Below, piece by piece: positions 58,101 to 64,000 of a stretch of 64,000 nt of DNA. The stretch covers positions 5,648 through 69,647 of the forward strand of contig JANXZU010000017.1 of NCBI GenBank assembly GCA_025355345.1, in the 5' to 3' direction. Position numbers and translations under genes: made by a program. The notes under the pieces are model-generated. The model did no database searches. It worked only from the letters and a program-made list of their open reading frames with translations, and was not told the origin of the DNA. The first letter of the stretch is position 1, and each line of letters begins with the position of its first letter. Source of the stretch: Syntrophaceae bacterium (lineage in GTDB: Bacteria > Desulfobacterota > Syntrophia > Syntrophales > Smithellaceae).

Positions 58101-59034
58101 GAGGCAGATAAAAATGAATTATTCTCTTTACGAGAAGATTGCGGATGTCCAGTTTCGTCGCCTGATCAATGAGTTTTGTCAAAATTTCAATAGCCATCGC
58201 AATGATGGCGCATTCAATTTGCTGGGTGTCCGAACAATTTCGGATCTGGTGCTGTTGGCAAAATATGCCGCCGGTAAATTGCCGCTGGAAGATTTTCGCC
58301 ATGAATTTAAGACTGAGGAAGATTTTGCCTCGCCGCTAGATCTTTTGGATATAACACTGGGACGGGCAATTGATGAATTGACCAGGCCCATAGACGCGAT
58401 CCGTCATCAGGCAAAAACTGTTACAGTCGGCACAAGCAGGAGAGAAAAAGAACTTAAAGGAATCATATTCGATCTTCTGGATGAGCTGAAATTTGCCGCC
58501 AAAGATCTTACTTACAGAAACGTAATTGCCATAAGCAGAATTCAGCCAGCCATTACCGCCGTGCGGGGATATACTGTTTATGCCATTAACAACCTTGATA
58601 TGCGAGGTAATCCTGAGGAAGGCTCGACTATTATTATACGGCAGAAGTGTGGCGTGGCCAAAGAAATGAAATCGCGAGCGGAAAATTCCACAATGCTGAT
58701 GGGAACCAAAAGGACAATTGTCAGTACCGGACATGCTTATATCGGGAAGGGCAAAGCGGACGGAGCCGCCATCATAATTTTGCCTGTTCTGGGAGAAAAT
58801 GAAATAGTCAGCAATCTCGTTTTGCTTCATGTGGACTATAATGAATTTCTGACCGCAAGCAAAAAGAAAGAAGTTTTGGGTTACCGCTACAATGATATTC
58901 GTAATTTGGTAAATGAATATAACGTAGTCTGGGATGACAATTATCTGGAAAATATTGAGCTTGCTGATTTGTTCAGCGAGCCGATCGAAGCATTGGCAGG
59001 GCGAATTAAGCAATGGGCCATATCAGGGAAATAA
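55165..59034 (+). CDS. Giant GlmS-like glutamine amidotransferase (class II GATase plus two SIS domains)
   Basis: CGFAG, LEVRGRDSAG, HTRWAS, NCHP, NGDIDNY, TQSGTTTDT, E.SVASTKAF, AKTVTV; the ATG overlaps the upstream stop (TAATG). Confidence 0.88.
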   Translation: MYLIKYMLPIKNLYRFFASCQIFIGKQPSGVPSPSIIFFPFMPTQFNCGFAGLMTLQLPKNNAGLTADLALTELWGEIKKSGLEKLLAAEIAAASCFGGLETLNSMEKTMLELKQENAQEILFCGGARAQKLFVLVEEINLFLINQEKLLEENAVKLTSADLEIINSRIILIKDIVWSIEKDTLTNFEKIIDLSGEKKASAINSTAFKKYRKINILLNALDRLEVRGRDSAGLQIGFVLEQGKAIDNLILKLKESGLYEDYLIRSEDKDLVNGSIEIASRMNVGAPQKTSVTFTYKTFSIVGELGRNVGDLRQMIKKDKILQCFTGEDSSCETALTHTRWASVGSITEENCHPVNNYKIDQKNPSFPFYCETQISKTKCIEICKSNNPATSGGYDAQLLGAELGSMACSGVHTREPKSTATINVVLNGDIDNYTELRAGLATELIAPEITTDTKIIPLQIEKYLKAGQNLAESFRLAVNDFEGSHAIAMTSDLEPGKMFLALKGSGQSIYIGMSSDQYMFSSELYGLVEVMPQFIKMNGETTAGGEGRAAGQIIILNQSSTGGPSGAIGCSYDGTKINFKDSDLQKAEITTRDIDRGDQPHYFLKEISESAVSIKRTLRGKYRLTTNDNSMPQVNFNLGEDIVPATIRLKLQNGTIKNIIIIGHGTADVAGAAIADALERYLKNININIISRVASELSGFFLKDDLSDSLVIPITQSGTTTDTNRAVAMAKERGALIISIVNRRQSDITAKSHGVFYTSDGRDIEMSVASTKAFYSQIIAGHVLALFFAQLLGARRDDYIAAELRNLEGAPQLMERVFARRDQIASSVKKATGKKFWAIVGSGPNKAAADEIRIKLSELCYRTISSDIVENKKHIDLSAEPLILVCAAGSPGAVVEDIAKDVAIFKAHKAAAIVFADEGDDRFDKVADAVISLPVAAMPMPVILNTMAGHLWGYYAACAIDEEALIFREFRSKLNLAMARQIKMNYSLYEKIADVQFRRLINEFCQNFNSHRNDGAFNLLGVRTISDLVLLAKYAAGKLPLEDFRHEFKTEEDFASPLDLLDITLGRAIDELTRPIDAIRHQAKTVTVGTSRREKELKGIIFDLLDELKFAAKDLTYRNVIAISRIQPAITAVRGYTVYAINNLDMRGNPEEGSTIIIRQKCGVAKEMKSRAENSTMLMGTKRTIVSTGHAYIGKGKADGAAIIILPVLGENEIVSNLVLLHVDYNEFLTASKKKEVLGYRYNDIRNLVNEYNVVWDDNYLENIELADLFSEPIEALAGRIKQWAISGK
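56272..56409 (+). repeat. REP-like repeat family 2 long unit inserted in frame (138 bp, 46 codons) in the GlmS-like gene
   Basis: TGTGAGACTCAAATTTCAAAAACGAAGTGTATTGAAATTTGTAAGTCGAACAATCCCGC...GGGTATGA...GGGGTTCATACCCGTGAG. Confidence 0.9.
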
Positions 59035-59071
59035 CTGGTATGAGCCCTAAAGCAAACACGTAGGGTCTTGA

Positions 59072-60742
<1,671 letters not shown>

Positions 60743-61212
60743 GTAAAGATTGGTCCATGGCAGTGAAGCTGTCTGCATCTGCAACTACACAATTTTGAAT
60801 TTGGAATTGTAGTAAGGATTACCAAGTTCAAACAACCAAAGATGCTTCGTACCACGGACTGAAAATTACGTGCGCATAATCCACTTAGGCGCACCGCACC
60901 ACACAAAACGGCGGTTGAAGAAGCATCGCCAATCATCGCAATCCCAGTAATGACGAGGCATAGCTAATGTTGACAGTTGTATGGACGTCTCTAATATTTC
61001 AATAAACTGTTTCGATCAATTAAGTGTTGTGCCTCTCGAATTTTCTTGAAGTAGTTGGAGGTCAGCCGATTGAAGCATTTCATAATCTTCTCAAAAAAAG
61101 AATTGAAACCACGGCGATAATGCCCTCCGACGGATGATTCTATTTACAGCCTTTTGTTACGTATAGCAGGAAGTTAAATAACCTTCAACATTCCCACTTG
61201 TTTATAAAAGTA

Positions 61213-61242
61213 AAAGGGGAGAGCAATTGCCCTCCCCGCTTT
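61213..61242 (-). terminator. Terminator after the acyl-CoA dehydrogenase gene
   Basis: GGGGAG.GCAATTGC.CTCCCC hairpin with an A-tract on its left side. Confidence 0.65.
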
Positions 61243-61272
61243 GTAGCCTTGAAAATTATTGAAGCTTGTTCG

Positions 61273-62988
61273 CTATTCAGCCATGGCGTATTCGCCGTTC
61301 AAAGTGGCAACATACTTTTCCCATACCTTGTTATACTGCTCGGGATTTGCAACTGCCTTAATGAGCATAATCTTCGTGCAGTATGCCCGTTGCTCGTCAG
61401 TGGTAGTGTGATTGCCGTAAATCTGTAGGGCGAAGTGGGCGAAGTCACGAATCATGAAATCGAAGATCTGGTTTAAGACATCCGCGTCAAGTTTGTCGAA
61501 CTTTGCCTGTTCCAAGATAAGCTGGCCGTAGACTACGATGGAGAACATCTCTCCCAAAGGCAGGGAGAAGGTGGGATCCATATCCTGCACCTTGTCCGGT
61601 CCTGCCTTCTCCAGCATCTCTTTGAATATCACAATCTGCTTAATGAATGTGCCTACGTTTGGAAGGTCTTTACTGGCCTCGAATACCGGCTTGTAGTCGT
61701 GGAACTGTACTTTGCCCAGGCCCTTTGTGGGGCCCTGGTTGAAGAGAAACATATCGTCTTTATTTGCGAAATCAGGCGCAACCGGTTTGTACTCAGCCGG
61801 GGCGAAGAAGTAGTTCTTCATGAACTTGCGAATGAGCTGCACGTTAACGTGAACGGTACCCTCCAATTTGGAAGGACCGCGCACATCGGCTGCCGCCGCG
61901 TGGAAATAGGTATCCTTTTCGAAACCCTTTGCCGCGATAACGTCCCAGAGCAGATTGACCACTTCTTCAGACTGTAGGGTTACTTTCATCTTGCTTGTGG
62001 GATTATACAGTAGGTAGCGGCGGTCACTTTCGCTTGCGCCCCGGAAGTAGTCGGTAGCGCGACGCTGGTACATCTTCATTCCGATGACGCGCAGCCAAGC
62101 GTCCATGAAGTTCTTGCGCACATGCGGCATGTCCGTCACCTTCAATCCGTACAGGATGCGATTGGAAGCGTGGGTGATCGCCTCGTAGAAGCAGTGCTGG
62201 GATACGCCGATGGAGCAAGGGCCGATATTGAACTTGCCGATATTGACAGTATTCAGAGCCGAATCCCAGGCATGAGGGCCACGGGAGAGAATATCTTCAT
62301 CGGTAATGGGGTAGTCGTGCATCTCAAAACAGGCTACATACTCCTGATGGGAAATCACGTTTTTCTTCAGCTCATATGCCTTGTTGCGGTAGTTAGTAAC
62401 AAAGAAGGTGTAATCATCCGTGCCGTCTTTGACTTTGCCCAGGGTAGAGACCATCTCGGCTTCGTTGCCGTTGCCGATGTAGTATTTCTCGCCATTGGCA
62501 ACGTAAGCGCCTGCGCCTTTCGGGGTGAGTGTTGCTCCCACAGAGTAGATGTCCGCGCCGTGGGTTTTTTCGGAGAGACCAAAGGCGAAGATCGCCCCTT
62601 CTTTGAGTAGCTTGGCCGCCTTCTTTTTGGCTGTTTCATTCGGGCTCATCCAGATGGGGCCCAGTCCCAGGATGGTTACCTGGAAGCAATACCAGTAGCC
62701 CAAGCCATAGAAAGCCAGAAGCTCTGCGTATTCGCTGTTGCGTGATGTGTCCCAGCGACAGTCCGCATCGCCACCTGCGTACTGTTTGGGGGTGAGCAGT
62801 TTGGCAAAGATCTGCTCTTTGCCGATGAAATCGACAAACTCTTTGTACCAAAGCTTTTTGTTGAAGTCATCGAGAAGCCTTGTCTTGCCCATTTTCTCGA
62901 AGAAAGCAATGGTTTTGGTCATGATGGCCTTCGATCCTTCATCGGCCATAAGGCCCTTGTACTTCTTGGGTTGCATAAATAAATTCAT
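61273..62988 (-). CDS. Acyl-CoA dehydrogenase
   Basis: AFGLSEKTHGAD, NGEKYYIGN, LEGTVHVN; AAGGAG RBS before the ATG at 62988. Confidence 0.92.
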   Translation of the reverse strand: MNLFMQPKKYKGLMADEGSKAIMTKTIAFFEKMGKTRLLDDFNKKLWYKEFVDFIGKEQIFAKLLTPKQYAGGDADCRWDTSRNSEYAELLAFYGLGYWYCFQVTILGLGPIWMSPNETAKKKAAKLLKEGAIFAFGLSEKTHGADIYSVGATLTPKGAGAYVANGEKYYIGNGNEAEMVSTLGKVKDGTDDYTFFVTNYRNKAYELKKNVISHQEYVACFEMHDYPITDEDILSRGPHAWDSALNTVNIGKFNIGPCSIGVSQHCFYEAITHASNRILYGLKVTDMPHVRKNFMDAWLRVIGMKMYQRRATDYFRGASESDRRYLLYNPTSKMKVTLQSEEVVNLLWDVIAAKGFEKDTYFHAAAADVRGPSKLEGTVHVNVQLIRKFMKNYFFAPAEYKPVAPDFANKDDMFLFNQGPTKGLGKVQFHDYKPVFEASKDLPNVGTFIKQIVIFKEMLEKAGPDKVQDMDPTFSLPLGEMFSIVVYGQLILEQAKFDKLDADVLNQIFDFMIRDFAHFALQIYGNHTTTDEQRAYCTKIMLIKAVANPEQYNKVWEKYVATLNGEYAMAE

Positions 62989-63190
62989 ATAATTCTCCTT
63001 TTCTTGGGTATTTTTCATTTTCAGGTTTAAACGTGCATGCTATGTGCTATGTGTCCTGTAATTTTTAGACATTTTTTCATGTCGTTGATATACACGAACA
63101 CACTCCAAAAGTAAACAGGGATAGGTAAAAAAAGGATATAAATGTTTAAGTAATCAAGATGTTTTTACTTTTTCTGCTTTTTTGTATAGT

Positions 63191-63215
63191 AAAGGGCGCC
63201 GTACTGGCGCCCTTT
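63191..63215 (-). terminator. Intrinsic terminator
   Basis: AAAGGGCGCC-gtact-GGCGCCCTTT. Confidence 0.8.
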
Positions 63216-63243
63216 GTGAAAACTTTTTACATCTGTAATGCCG

Positions 63244-64000
63244 TTATTTGGGGCAGTTATTGCCTTTGCAGTCCTGAGGCTTAGGCCTGGGCTGTGCCTG
63301 AGGTCTTGGCTGAGGCTGTGGTCTCGGTTGCTGTACCTGCGGCCTTGGCTGTTGCACCTGAGGTCTAGGCTGTTGTACCTGGGGTCTTGGCTGTTGCACC
63401 TGAGGCCTAGGCTGTTGTACCTGCGGTCTCGGCTGCTGTACTTGAGGTCTTGGCTGTTGCACTTGCGGTTTCTGCGGGCCTACCTGTCCGGGTCTCACTG
63501 GACCAACATTTCCCGGTTGACCCGGTTTCTCTGGGCCTACATGCCCGGGTTTCACTGGACCAACATGCCCCGGTTGACCGGGTTTCTCTGGGCCTACATG
63601 ACCCGGTTTCACTGGACCAACATGTCCCGGTTGACCCGGTTTCTCTGGGCCTACATGCCCCGGTTTCACTGGACCAACATGCCCCGGCTGACCCGGTTTC
63701 TCTGGGCCTACATGCCCGGGTTTCACTGGGCCTACATGTCCCGGTTGACCGGGTTTCTCTGGGCCTACATGCCCCGGTTTCTGTGGACGTACATGCACCG
63801 GCTTGTTATATCTTCCGGGATCGGCGAGACGATTCCTATGTCCTATCGGATCAGCCTTCACCCTATCATGCCTTTCGTTTCGCTCTCTCACCATCCGTTC
63901 ATTAGCTCTGTGAATCCTATCGCGTCTTATTTCCGCGCGTCTTTCATTGCGGTACCAGCTCTGCCTTTCCCAATGGCGGTCGCGGTCCCAAGTTCTCCAG
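63244..64000 (-). CDS. Pro/Gly/Gln-rich repeat protein, 3' part (start outside the window)
   Basis: The frame stays open to the window edge (WRTWDRDRHWERQSWYRNERR...); PGHVGP(E/V)K repeats and (QQPRPQV) x7 with synonymous variation. Confidence 0.8.
   Translation of the reverse strand, partial: WRTWDRDRHWERQSWYRNERRAEIRRDRIHRANERMVRERNERHDRVKADPIGHRNRLADPGRYNKPVHVRPQKPGHVGPEKPGQPGHVGPVKPGHVGPEKPGQPGHVGPVKPGHVGPEKPGQPGHVGPVKPGHVGPEKPGQPGHVGPVKPGHVGPEKPGQPGNVGPVRPGQVGPQKPQVQQPRPQVQQPRPQVQQPRPQVQQPRPQVQQPRPQVQQPRPQVQQPRPQPQPRPQAQPRPKPQDCKGNNCPK

Noticed and set aside
63450-63905. Plus-strand repetitive ORF of 151 aa
   Set aside because: It is the antisense of the Pro-rich repeat gene; variation between units is synonymous only in the minus-strand frame.

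Overview
A 64 kb stretch of bacterial chromosome. Gene content suggests an anaerobic deltaproteobacterium, possibly Syntrophales/Smithella-like; this is an inference and was not verified. It holds mostly housekeeping genes (RNase E/G, cimA, glmM, metK, mfd, uvrA, nadD, proA, lolA, ilvE, comM/yifB, pyrG, a giant GlmS-like protein), an ABC/HlyD/TolC efflux operon, a c-di-GMP cluster, and a type I R-M defence island (8.2-16.1 kb) carrying an IrrE/ImmA-PIN pair and a RelE-type TA pair. The most striking signal is two families of REP-like palindromic elements that insert in frame into protein genes. Family 1 (CCCTTCGACAAGCTCAGGG-like) bounds a 633-bp in-frame cassette carrying a small GIY-YIG nuclease inside the HsdR motor domain; solo copies sit elsewhere in hsdR and in hsdM. 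Family 2 (TGAGACTC...AAGTCGAA...ATCCC) has about a dozen units at 8 loci, including a 138-bp in-frame copy inside the GlmS-like gene. Also seen are an unannotated Ile-rich leader-peptide attenuator upstream of cimA, a SAM-II-like riboswitch with a terminator/antiterminator upstream of a divergent metK, and a DnaA-box cluster. No rRNA, tRNA, CRISPR array or transposase was recognised.
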